In this document: positions 28,075 through 36,835 of the stretch, in pieces | Position numbering within the stretch: the stretch's first letter is position 1 | Layout: each line of letters begins with the position of its first letter | Origin: Desulfurivibrionaceae bacterium | GTDB taxonomy: Bacteria; Desulfobacterota; Desulfobulbia; Desulfobulbales; SURF-16 | NCBI GenBank assembly: GCA_041562995.1 | Contig: JBFFNX010000003.1 | Location: 1-42,384 of the forward strand | Direction: 5' to 3' | DNA length: 42,384 nt | Made by a program: the position numbers and the translations under genes | Notes under the pieces: model-generated | What the model saw: the letters and a program-made list of their open reading frames with translations, nothing else | Databases searched by the model: none | Told to the model about the DNA's origin: nothing

Positions 28075-29736
28075 ATGGCTGTAACAAAATTATCTTGTGA
28101 TGAAGATTTAAAGTCAAAAGAAAACCAAGAAATAGGCAATATGCAGGATCAGTATGATTTTCTCTGTTCGCTGGTAAACGAGGTCCCCGATCCAATCTTG
28201 GTCGTGGGTACGGATTTCAGGGTTAAATTTGCGAATCGGGCGGCCCAAAATTTTTCAAATTGTTTTGTTGGGAAACCGGGCAAGGAGCCTTTTTGTCATA
28301 ATCTTGTTTATAATGTTGATTTTCAATGTTCGACTGTGGGGCGCCCCTGTCCCCTTATAGAGGTTCTGGAGAGTAATAAGCCCGTTGTTGTCGAGCATGA
28401 GATAAAGCTTGCCGACGGCCAGGTGAGAAATTACGAAATCCATGCCTCTCCCCTCTGGGACGATAAAGGGAATTTCCTTGGAATTGTTGAATCAATTCGG
28501 GATATTACAGATCGCGCTGAATACGCCAGGATTTTGAAAAAAAGCCAGCTGGTCCTGGAAACAAGTGTTGAAGAAAGGACAAAGGACCTTTTGCGAAGTA
28601 ATGATGTTCTTCGCTCAGAGATAGTGGGCAGGCAGAACATTGAAAAGATTCTCCGGGCTGAACGCGATAAGTTTCAGGTCATGCTTGAGGCTATGGGGCA
28701 GGGGATGCATATCCTTAATCCTGATTTTACCATTGAGTATCAGAATGATGTTTTGCGCGAGTCATTTGGCGACCAGATAGGTCATACCTGCTATCAGGTA
28801 TACAAGGGCCGTGATACACCCTGTGAGGTCTGTCGGATGCATGTGGCCATTGAGACCGGCCAGGTGCAAAGGACTGAGGAGATCATGTCTGATGAGCGTC
28901 ATTACGCCCAAAGCTATGCTCCTTTTAAGGATATTGACGGTGAGGATAAGTGTCTCATCCTCCTCAATGATATCACCGAAGAAAAAATGTATCAGGCTGA
29001 GACCATGCGCACCGGCCAGCTCGCCTCCATTGGTGAGCTGGCCGCCGGTGTGGCCCATGAAATTAATAATCCTATCAACGGTATCATTAATTTTTCACAG
29101 ATTCTCATGGATGACTGCGCTGATGACGCCACCCAAGACATCCTGCAACGGATTATTAGCGAGGGCGAAAGGGTGGCGGTTATTGTCAGTAAGCTGCTCT
29201 CCTTTGCACGACAAGGGGGTAAAGGTGAATCTTCATACATGGAAACAGACATGCGTGAAGTTTTGGAAGATTCCTTGGCCCTTCTGGGGCATCAATATAA
29301 GAAGGATGGTATCTCTTACTCGGTAAGTGTATCTGATGACAATGTGACAGTATGGGGCAATCCCCAGCAGCTGCAGCAGGTTTTTGTCAATCTGCTCTCC
29401 AATGCCCGTTTTGCCTTGAATGAGAAGTTTAAGGAGGAGCGCAATGAGATGAAGAGGCTTGACGTCCATCTTTCCGTTCTCCAACTTGCAAATAAGAAGT
29501 TCGCCCGCATTAGTTTTACGGACTATGGGTGCGGCATTCCGGACAACATTGTCGATTCCGTCTGCAATCCGTTTTTTTCCACCAAACAGCCCGGCGAGGG
29601 AACCGGGCTCGGGCTTTCGATAAGTCAGGGCATTGTCAAAGAATTTAAGGGATACTTGCGTATAAAAAGTGAGCTGGGCAAATACACGACAATTATGGTG
29701 GATTTACCGGTATATGAACCCGAGAAAAGGGAATAA
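28075..29736 (+). CDS. Cytoplasmic PAS-PAS sensor histidine kinase
   Basis: Two Cys-containing PAS domains, AHEINNP H-box, NLLSNA, DYGCGI, PFFSTK, GTGLGL. Confidence 0.95.
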   Translation: MAVTKLSCDEDLKSKENQEIGNMQDQYDFLCSLVNEVPDPILVVGTDFRVKFANRAAQNFSNCFVGKPGKEPFCHNLVYNVDFQCSTVGRPCPLIEVLESNKPVVVEHEIKLADGQVRNYEIHASPLWDDKGNFLGIVESIRDITDRAEYARILKKSQLVLETSVEERTKDLLRSNDVLRSEIVGRQNIEKILRAERDKFQVMLEAMGQGMHILNPDFTIEYQNDVLRESFGDQIGHTCYQVYKGRDTPCEVCRMHVAIETGQVQRTEEIMSDERHYAQSYAPFKDIDGEDKCLILLNDITEEKMYQAETMRTGQLASIGELAAGVAHEINNPINGIINFSQILMDDCADDATQDILQRIISEGERVAVIVSKLLSFARQGGKGESSYMETDMREVLEDSLALLGHQYKKDGISYSVSVSDDNVTVWGNPQQLQQVFVNLLSNARFALNEKFKEERNEMKRLDVHLSVLQLANKKFARISFTDYGCGIPDNIVDSVCNPFFSTKQPGEGTGLGLSISQGIVKEFKGYLRIKSELGKYTTIMVDLPVYEPEKRE

Positions 29737-29738
29737 TT

Positions 29739-31505
29739 ATGGATGACTTAGAAAAGAATAAAATGGCAATCCTTGTTGTGGATGATGAGGAAAGTTTGCG
29801 CCTCACTTTTCAGATGTTTCTCTCCCGCGAGGGATATGGGCTTGTCGAGGTTGCTTCCACCTTTGGTGAGGCTTTGGCCCTTATTGATAAACGTGATTTT
29901 GATCTGGTGGTAAGTGACATTGTCATGGATGGGGCCTCGGGTATAGATTTGCTCCGTACCATCAAGGAGAAGGGCGTGGAGTGCCCTGTGGTTATGGTCA
30001 CGGGGTATCCCAATATTAATACCGCTGCTGAGGCGGTACGTTTGGGAGCCTTTGACTATTTGGCAAAACCAGTAAAAAAAGAAGATCTGCTACGCACTGC
30101 CAGAATGGCATTGCAGCAATATGCACTTTTGCATGCCAATAATGCCTTGGCACTTGAAAAAGAACGCTATCAAAAATATTTGCAGGCGGTTTTCCGTAGT
30201 GTTGGTGAGCTTATCCTCACCGTCGATCCCCAGCGCCGCATTGTTGAGTTGAATGATAATGCAGCCCAATGGTTGTCTGATTGTGGTGGGCAAGCTGTCA
30301 GCGGTAAGTTGCTGGAGGATGTTATCGCCTGTCTGGGCATATTTATCCCAGATATCGATGCGGTTTTGGCCACCCAGCAAGAGGTTCCTGAACATCGAAT
30401 TGAGCTTTCGCCTGAATCAGGTAAGGCTGGCATATTCAGGGTAAGCGCCTTGCCGCTGACCAGCGATGAGGGAATATTTTTAGGCGTTGTCTTGGTTGCT
30501 CGTGATGTAAGCCGTCTTGAGGCCTTGGAGAAAAAAGGGAATCGCGACAGGCTCCATCGTTTGATTGGTTCGAGTATGCGGATGCAGACGGTTTATACCC
30601 TGATTGAGAACGTCGGTAAGGTTGATACCACTGTCCTCATTAATGGTGAGTCTGGTACGGGAAAGGAATTGGTTGCTGAGGCCCTGCATGCTGAAAGTCC
30701 CAGGCGTGATATGCCGCTGGTTAAGGTTGATTGTACGGCAATACCTGAAAATCTTCTCGAGAGTGAGCTTTTTGGCCATAAAAAGGGCTCCTTTACTGGC
30801 GCGGATCGTGACCGCGAGGGGCGTATTCTTTCGGCTGACGGTGGCACCCTTTTTCTTGATGAGATCGGTGATATCTCACCCCTGATGCAGCTCAGACTGC
30901 TGCGTTTTTTGCAGGAAAGAACCTTTTATCCCGTTGGCCGTGATAGATCTATCACCGTTGATGTCAGGCTGGTTGCCGCCACCAACGCTGATTTGCGCCA
31001 AAAGGTTCAGAATGGGGAATTCAGGGAAGATCTCTACTATCGTCTTAAGGTGGTGGACATTAATTTGCCTCCCTTGCGGGAGAGGGACGGAGATGTTGAG
31101 ATTCTGGTGAAGATGTTTATTGCTAAGTTCAGTACCCGTCTTGGTAAAGAGGTCACCGGCATCTCTGATCAGGCTCTGCAGCTTCTCCGTAATCATGATT
31201 GGCCCGGTAATGTCCGTGAGCTTGAGCATGTAATGGAACGGGCCTGTGTTTTGTGTAATAACACGACCATTACCTCGGAGCATCTTCCGCCAGAGCTAAG
31301 GGATCACCATCGGGCCATGCCGCAGATGCGGCACCGGGAAAATTTGCTAGAGGAGGAGGATGAAGAGGTCCGTATTGTTAATACCCTGAAACGCACTTTT
31401 GGTAATAAGGCCCAAGCGGCGAGGCTTCTTGGTGTTGATAGGTCAACATTATATCGGAAACTGAAGCTCTACGGTATAGATGCTGACCATTTGGTAGAAT
31501 CCTGA
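29739..31505 (+). CDS. Sigma54-dependent response regulator (REC-PAS-AAA+-Fis HTH)
   Basis: VVDDE and SDIVM receiver, GESGTGKE, ESELFGH, GSFTGA, LFLDEI, WPGNVREL, AARLLGVDRSTLYRK. Confidence 0.95.
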   Translation: MDDLEKNKMAILVVDDEESLRLTFQMFLSREGYGLVEVASTFGEALALIDKRDFDLVVSDIVMDGASGIDLLRTIKEKGVECPVVMVTGYPNINTAAEAVRLGAFDYLAKPVKKEDLLRTARMALQQYALLHANNALALEKERYQKYLQAVFRSVGELILTVDPQRRIVELNDNAAQWLSDCGGQAVSGKLLEDVIACLGIFIPDIDAVLATQQEVPEHRIELSPESGKAGIFRVSALPLTSDEGIFLGVVLVARDVSRLEALEKKGNRDRLHRLIGSSMRMQTVYTLIENVGKVDTTVLINGESGTGKELVAEALHAESPRRDMPLVKVDCTAIPENLLESELFGHKKGSFTGADRDREGRILSADGGTLFLDEIGDISPLMQLRLLRFLQERTFYPVGRDRSITVDVRLVAATNADLRQKVQNGEFREDLYYRLKVVDINLPPLRERDGDVEILVKMFIAKFSTRLGKEVTGISDQALQLLRNHDWPGNVRELEHVMERACVLCNNTTITSEHLPPELRDHHRAMPQMRHRENLLEEEDEEVRIVNTLKRTFGNKAQAARLLGVDRSTLYRKLKLYGIDADHLVES

Positions 31506-31708
31506 TAAAAGCTACCTGGTAATTTTTAGTAATACTCAGTTGGGCCTGCGAGGATCTTGTCGTGTGTTGCAGATGTGTCGTATGGCCCGGAAAGTCCAAC
31601 ATCAGTGTCGTGTAAAAGTGTAGCGGTGACCTTCTCGTGGTGTGATGAAGATGTGGTTTTTGTAAAAAAAATAAGTAATATCGGTACCTTGTATAATAAT
31701 AGATTGTA

Positions 31709-31724
31709 TGGCATACCGTGTGTT
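31709..31724 (+). promoter_or_regulatory. Degenerate sigma54 promoter (-12 GC changed to GT) with IHF-like site at 31679-31691
   Basis: TGGCAT-ACCGT-GTGTT; TATCGGTACCTTG is one mismatch from WATCARNNNNTTR. Confidence 0.5.
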
Positions 31725-31787
31725 ACATGCTCAGATAACTCTGAAATAGATTCTCAATTTCGAGAGAATTAAACAGGAGGGTTTATC

Positions 31788-32086
31788 ATTGCTGAGCTCG
31801 TTGGACCAAAGGATCAAAGGTGTTTTTAGGGGTTGTTGCTGGTCTTGGTGGTGCTTTCGGGATATGGGCAATGATGGCATTTGTCACCGGTCTCGCCTCC
31901 GTGAACTGATAGGTAGCTGAAATAATAAGAAATTTTCTGGTTGCCACCAGCAACATCGGCGAGGAATCGACCTTGTCGATTATTATACCCATATTAAAGG
32001 TGTAGAGTGCCTTCTTCGTAGCCTTGCCCATTTATTTCAACTATGTCAATTGTGCTCCTGATGCCGCAGCTGTTAAGTCGAGATAA
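31788..32086 (+). pseudogene. Decayed small membrane protein gene with HmcD/NhcD-like C-terminus
   Basis: AGGAGG RBS followed by ATT; frameshifted pieces read VFLGVVAGLGGAFGIWAMMAFVTGLASVN**VAEIIRNFLVAT, then DYYTHIKGVE, then FFVALPIYFNYVN; terminator follows. Confidence 0.6.
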
Positions 32087-32162
32087 AAACCTTTGCATCT
32101 CTCTGCTGGCCTGGGAGGATGATGCCCTGTAAATGCCAACATATCATAGAGTTAGTAATATT

Positions 32163-32202
32163 GGGCTCACCTGCGGATCATGAGCAGGTAAGCCCTTTTT
32201 TT
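32163..32202 (+). terminator. Rho-independent terminator
   Basis: GGGCTCACCTGC / GCAGGTAAGCCC stem plus T7. Confidence 0.75.
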
Positions 32203-32557
32203 GTGGTTATTAGCAAGGTGAAACGGTTGTTGTTGTGACTCGTTGTTCATAGGCCGTTACCACATCATTCTTGGTCCCATATCTCAAACACGAAAACCGC
32301 TGAGCAATAAGCCCTTAAGGATGGTGGGGCAGTCTGTTTGGCTATCTCTGATGCCGGCAACATCTTTGAGTAGCCGGAGGGCAGAAAGGAAAGTGTTGCA
32401 TCTGTTGTGGTGCAGCATGTGTGTAGTTTACATGCGACACATTTTTGGCTTTTAATCGCGGTGATTGGGTTGGCCGAAGGCTTCCCTGTTGTGGTTAGTC
32501 TTTGTAACTAGTTGTTTCTGTATTGCAAATATGGTTTGGAGATATGCTTTTGTTGTG

Positions 32558-32573
32558 TGGCATGCAACGTGCT
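32558..32573 (+). promoter_or_regulatory. Sigma54 promoter upstream of the small ORF and ftsH, with IHF-like site at 32505-32517
   Basis: TGGCAT-GCAAC-GTGCT has GG-N10-GC spacing; TAACTAGTTGTTT is the reverse IHF consensus with one mismatch. Confidence 0.75.
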
Positions 32574-32645
32574 CTCTTTAAAATACCATGACGGTCCAGT
32601 GGCTCAGCCGACGTGTACCGTTTAAAGACAAAATTGGATAATAAA

Positions 32646-32738
32646 ATGGAAAATAATGACCACAAAAAAAGGGCTTTTTGGGTGGTCTTTCCGGTATTCG
32701 TGACGTTTTTGGATATACATGAGAAAAAGCGCCGTTGA
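32646..32738 (+). CDS. Possible 30-aa small hydrophobic peptide or gene remnant
   Basis: MENNDHKKRAFWVVFPVFVTFLDIHEKKRR, weak GGA RBS, located directly behind the sigma54 promoter. Confidence 0.35.
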   Translation: MENNDHKKRAFWVVFPVFVTFLDIHEKKRR

Positions 32739-32744
32739 TGATTA

Positions 32745-32807
32745 AATACACCTATAAGGTCAATAAGCCGGGGAAAATCCCCGGCTTATTGACCTTATAG
32801 GTGTATT
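32745..32807. repeat. Perfect inverted repeat, 30-bp arms, 3-nt loop
   Basis: AATACACCTATAAGGTCAATAAGCCGGGGA-AAA-TCCCCGGCTTATTGACCTTATAGGTGTATT. Confidence 0.95.
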
Positions 32808-32869
32808 ATGTAAGTTCGTAGGGGATAATTTGCTAGGTCGTTACTCATAAAAAAGCAGGGAGTGTCAGT

Positions 32870-34639
32870 ATGAAGTTTCCCATTCGTAACGCTGTTGTTG
32901 TTTTGGGTGTTTTGTTAATTGGACTCGGTATTTATAGTTCCTGGAGTATGGAGAAGAACCTGCCTCCCGTCGATTATACGACCTTCCTGGCCCAGTTGAA
33001 CAGTAACGAGATTAAGGCTGTGGAGATTATTGGCGGGAAAATCAACGCCACGGATAAATATGGTCAAGAATTCCAAACTTTTTCTCCTGATATCAAGCTA
33101 TTGTTGCCTAAAATTGAGGCGAGAAATATTACCATTCGTGCTCGTCCCGAAGCCAAGTCTTTTGGTTTTCTTGAGTCAACTCTTCCACTTCTGATTGTCG
33201 TCGGGGCCTGGATGTACTGGTCCAGGAAGAGCAAACATAATGAATCGGGCATGAAGGTTAAGGACTCGCTCGTGCCGCAGGATATTGCCGGCAAAGTTAC
33301 CTTTGCTGACGTCGCCGGTATTGACGAGGCCAAGGAAGAGTTGATGGAGACGGTCGATTTTCTCCGCGACTCAAGCAGGTTTACCCGCCTCGGTGGTAGG
33401 ATACCCAAGGGTGTACTTTTGCAGGGTCCGCCAGGTACTGGTAAGACCCTTTTGGCTAAAGCCATCGCCGGCGAGGCCGGTGTCCCTTTCTTCTCGCTGA
33501 GTGGTTCTGATTTTGTCGAGATGTATGTCGGCGTTGGAGCCTCAAGGGTTCGTAATCTCTTTGATGAGGCTAAAAAGCACAGCCCCTGTATTATTTTCAT
33601 CGATGAGATTGATGCTGTCGGCCGTTCCCGTGGCGGCACCGGCATGAACCAGGGGGGCGGTGATGAGCGTGAGCAGACCTTGAACGCCCTTCTTGTTGAG
33701 ATGGATGGCTTTCAAAGTGATGAAACAGTCATTATCGTTGCCGCCACAAACCGACCTGATGTGCTCGATCCGGCCCTGCTGCGTCCCGGCCGTTTCGATC
33801 GACAGGTGACAATTTTGCCTCCTGATGTCAAGGGGAGGGCCAAGATTCTAGAGGTTCATGGCCGTAATATTAAAATGGGCAATGATGTCACCATGGATAT
33901 CGTCGCCAAGACCACACCTGGTTTCACCGGAGCAGAGCTTGCCAATTTGATGAATGAGGCTGCCTTGATGGCGGCCAGGAAAGACAAGGACCAGGTTGAC
34001 CTGGAGGATATCGAAGAGGCTAAAGACAAGATTCTCATGGGGGTGGAACGTAAGGGGATGGTTATCCGTGACGAGGAGAAGAAGGTTACCGCCTATCATG
34101 AGGCCGGCCATGCCATTGTTGCCATGATGCTTCCTGAGGCTGATCCGGTTCATAAGATAACCATCATTCCCCGGGGCCGGGCCATGGGTGTTACCCAGCA
34201 GGTGCCCCTGGATGATCGCCATTCCTACAGCCGTGAATATTTGATGGATAGGATTAAAATTCTCCTGGGCGGCCGTACCGCCGAGGAGATTGTCTTTAAT
34301 CGCTTTACCACAGGGGCCAGTAACGATCTTCAGGTTGCCACTGATATCGCCACCAGGATGGTCTGTGAATGGGGTATGAGCGCGGCTTTGGGTCCCCGTG
34401 CCTATATCTCATCTGACCAGGGCTTTCTGGGCGGCAGCCAGCAGCGCCTGGCCTACAGTGAGGTGACAGGCCAACTTATTGATAGCGAAATAAATAAGAT
34501 CATTGAGGATTGTCTGCAGGAGACCATGATCATCATCCAGGGTAAGGATGATTTTCTCCAGAACCTGGCCCACCATCTGTTGGAGCAGGAAACGATTAAT
34601 GGTGATGAGGTTGGTGAGATTATGAAGGCAAGTGCCTGA
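32870..34639 (+). CDS. ftsH: ATP-dependent zinc metalloprotease FtsH (paralog 1)
   Basis: Two TM segments, [34 protein letters not shown]. Confidence 0.96.
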   Translation: MKFPIRNAVVVLGVLLIGLGIYSSWSMEKNLPPVDYTTFLAQLNSNEIKAVEIIGGKINATDKYGQEFQTFSPDIKLLLPKIEARNITIRARPEAKSFGFLESTLPLLIVVGAWMYWSRKSKHNESGMKVKDSLVPQDIAGKVTFADVAGIDEAKEELMETVDFLRDSSRFTRLGGRIPKGVLLQGPPGTGKTLLAKAIAGEAGVPFFSLSGSDFVEMYVGVGASRVRNLFDEAKKHSPCIIFIDEIDAVGRSRGGTGMNQGGGDEREQTLNALLVEMDGFQSDETVIIVAATNRPDVLDPALLRPGRFDRQVTILPPDVKGRAKILEVHGRNIKMGNDVTMDIVAKTTPGFTGAELANLMNEAALMAARKDKDQVDLEDIEEAKDKILMGVERKGMVIRDEEKKVTAYHEAGHAIVAMMLPEADPVHKITIIPRGRAMGVTQQVPLDDRHSYSREYLMDRIKILLGGRTAEEIVFNRFTTGASNDLQVATDIATRMVCEWGMSAALGPRAYISSDQGFLGGSQQRLAYSEVTGQLIDSEINKIIEDCLQETMIIIQGKDDFLQNLAHHLLEQETINGDEVGEIMKASA

Positions 34640-34718
34640 GGGTGAAGCACTGTCATGCTACACCCCCCTGACTACACCTCAGATCCCACATTCTTAACGC
34701 GCTGTTTTTGATTTAACT

Positions 34719-34760
34719 AAAGGCCATTTGCGAGATATTTTCTTCGCCAATGGCCTTTGT
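34719..34760 (+). terminator. Probable terminator after ftsH
   Basis: AAAGGCCATT / AATGGCCTTT stem followed by a T-rich tract. Confidence 0.55.
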
Positions 34761-34807
34761 TGTTTGAACTGTTCATGCGCTCCACTTCTCTGTTCTTCTT
34801 TTGGCTA

Positions 34808-34855
34808 CTGTTGCATGCCACACATCTGTGGCTACAGATGTGTGGCATGCAACAG
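34808..34855. repeat. 48-bp near-perfect palindrome in the enhancer region of the cytochrome operon
   Basis: CTGTTGCATGCCACACATCTGT-GGCT-ACAGATGTGTGGCATGCAACAG, 22-bp perfect arms. Confidence 0.93.
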
Positions 34856-35027
34856 ATTATGCCACACATTGCCGCCACAATTTTGATGATCAATTTCAGT
34901 CGTAAAGAAAAAGGTGATTTTTTTTTGCCGCACTTTTTGCCACTAAAAGGCCTGGTCGTTGAGGGCGAGCTTTTTGGGAGGGCACGGAAAAAGATGAAAT
35001 GTCCATCCTTGTTATTTTCTAGAGGGA

Positions 35028-35043
35028 TGGCACTGAATGTGCA
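35028..35043 (+). promoter_or_regulatory. Sigma54 promoter of the cytochrome c3/Fe-S/NrfD operon
   Basis: TGGCAC-TGAAT-GTGCA, near consensus. Confidence 0.8.
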
Positions 35044-35282
35044 CTCATTTCTTTTCTACATGGTTATGGGCTGAAGATTGCTCAGTTATTTTAATCTGTT
35101 AGGCGTTATGGGTGTTTTCTAGGGCGCAATTAATTTTTAAAAACGTGTTCGGGGTAGAAAACAACAATCAGGGTGTACTGATAATTTTTTTTTTTTGAAG
35201 ACTGACGCCTGCATGGCTCAGACTCGATAGTGATGTTTTTAGCTGCGTAATGCGTAAGTTAAACAAACAAAGGAGAGTACTA

Positions 35283-35813
35283 ATGGGTATTAAAAAGAGA
35301 AAGCTGCTTGGACTAGCACTGATGGCGGCCATGGTAAGTCCCTGGTCGCTTCCAGGTCCTGCCAGTGCAGAGGTCTTTGAGCTTGATGGCATGAAGAACC
35401 TGTATGAGGGGGTAAGCTTCGATCATGATATGCATATCGAAGCCACAGGGGAAAATTGTACGGAGTGCCACCATCATACGGCTGGTACGGCCCCGACGGA
35501 TCCGCTCTGTGTGACCTGTCATGCCAAAAGTCCTGAGATTGATAATCCAAGCTGTAAGTCTTGCCATGTAAAGGATGTTTTTGCAGCAGAGAACATGAAG
35601 AAATCATGGGATACTCCACTGTTACATCATCGGGATAAGCCTGGCCTGAAGGCGGCATATCATCAGAATTGCCTTGGTTGCCATGAGGAAAACGGTGCCC
35701 CTACAGGGTGTACTGATTGTCATGCCATGACGGATGCTGGTGAGAAATTTTATAACACCGGAAAATATGCCCCGGAACCCAAGACCTCAGGTCATGGTGG
35801 TGGCAATCATTAA
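35283..35813 (+). CDS. Periplasmic class III cytochrome c (c3-like) with five heme-binding motifs
   Basis: Signal peptide; FDHDMH; CTECH, CVTCH, CKSCH, CLGCH, CTDCH; PGLKAAYH; AAGGAG RBS before ATG 35283. Confidence 0.92.
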   Translation: MGIKKRKLLGLALMAAMVSPWSLPGPASAEVFELDGMKNLYEGVSFDHDMHIEATGENCTECHHHTAGTAPTDPLCVTCHAKSPEIDNPSCKSCHVKDVFAAENMKKSWDTPLLHHRDKPGLKAAYHQNCLGCHEENGAPTGCTDCHAMTDAGEKFYNTGKYAPEPKTSGHGGGNH

Positions 35814-35890
35814 TTTATGGCATGGCGTTCATGTTTTTTTAACTGAAGGAAATATGGGCCCTGTCTTTGTTTTTTGAAAAAGGTGAGAGT

Positions 35891-36823
35891 ATGAAGAAAT
35901 TAAACCGTAGGTCATTTTTAAAAGGCGGCCTAGCCAGCAGTGTTGCTGTAGCAGCAGCTGTCGGGTCGGCTAAAAAGGCTGACGCAGCAGGTGACTTCGG
36001 CGGCTACCCTGATAGCATGGGTGTTTTGGTTGATATGACAAAATGTATCGGCTGCCGAACCTGTGAAGCTGCCTGTAATAAAGAACAAAGTCTTCCTGAG
36101 CCTGATAAGGCATTTGATGATATGTCAGTGTTTGAGGAGCGTCGCCATGGCGGTCTGCCACGCCGTACCACTGAAAAGGCATATACTGTTGTTAATAAAT
36201 ATGAGGTTGAAGGGCGCGAGCACCCACTATTTCGTAAATTTCAGTGTAACCATTGTCAGGAGCCAGCTTGTCTGACCTCCTGTTTTGTCAATGCCTACAC
36301 CAAGACCCCTGAAGGGGCCGTTATTTATGATCCTAAGGTCTGCGTCGGCTGCCGTACCTGCATGATCGCATGTCCATTCTATGTCCCGGCGTACACCTTT
36401 TCGTCAGCAACCAATCCGGTAATCAAGAAATGTATCATGTGCTACGACACCCGGCTCAAGTTCGGAAGGCCACCAGCATGTGTCGAGTCCTGTCCGCAGC
36501 AGGTGATGACCTTTGGTAAGCGCAAAGACCTTATCGAACTGGCACACCGCAACATTGAAAGCCATCCTGATAAATATGTCGATCATGTGTATGGGGAACA
36601 TGAGGTGGGCGGCACTTCCTGGATGTACATGACCGCCGTTGATGCGCCTTTTGAGGAGATTGGCTTTGATGTCCATCTTGGCAAGCAGCCTATCATCAAC
36701 TATGTCAAGGATTTCTTGGCAATGGTACCCATGGTTCTGACTATCTGGCCGGCGCTCTTTACAGGTTTCCATCTTCTGGCAACGCGGAAAGATGCAAAAA
36801 AGAATGATGAGAGCGCAAGCTAG
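35891..36823 (+). CDS. Tat-exported 4Fe-4S dicluster protein (HmcB/HybA/NrfC family) with C-terminal membrane anchor
   Basis: NRRSFLK twin-arginine motif, four Cys clusters, VYGEHEVGGTSW, C-terminal hydrophobic helix. Confidence 0.93.
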   Translation: MKKLNRRSFLKGGLASSVAVAAAVGSAKKADAAGDFGGYPDSMGVLVDMTKCIGCRTCEAACNKEQSLPEPDKAFDDMSVFEERRHGGLPRRTTEKAYTVVNKYEVEGREHPLFRKFQCNHCQEPACLTSCFVNAYTKTPEGAVIYDPKVCVGCRTCMIACPFYVPAYTFSSATNPVIKKCIMCYDTRLKFGRPPACVESCPQQVMTFGKRKDLIELAHRNIESHPDKYVDHVYGEHEVGGTSWMYMTAVDAPFEEIGFDVHLGKQPIINYVKDFLAMVPMVLTIWPALFTGFHLLATRKDAKKNDESAS

Positions 36824-36835
36824 GAGGAAAATTAT

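Noticed and set aside
31907-31912. In-frame TGA TAG as possible selenocysteine/pyrrolysine recoding
   Set aside because: Accompanied by frameshifts and a lost start codon; no SECIS-like hairpin recognised; gene decay is the simpler explanation
31786-32031. 81-aa minus-strand ORF
   Set aside because: RBS, promoter and terminator all point to the plus-strand pseudogene; this ORF is its shadow
34800-34880. CCACA/TGTGG repeats as a mini CRISPR array
   Set aside because: Inverted rather than regularly spaced direct repeats; no spacers or cas genes
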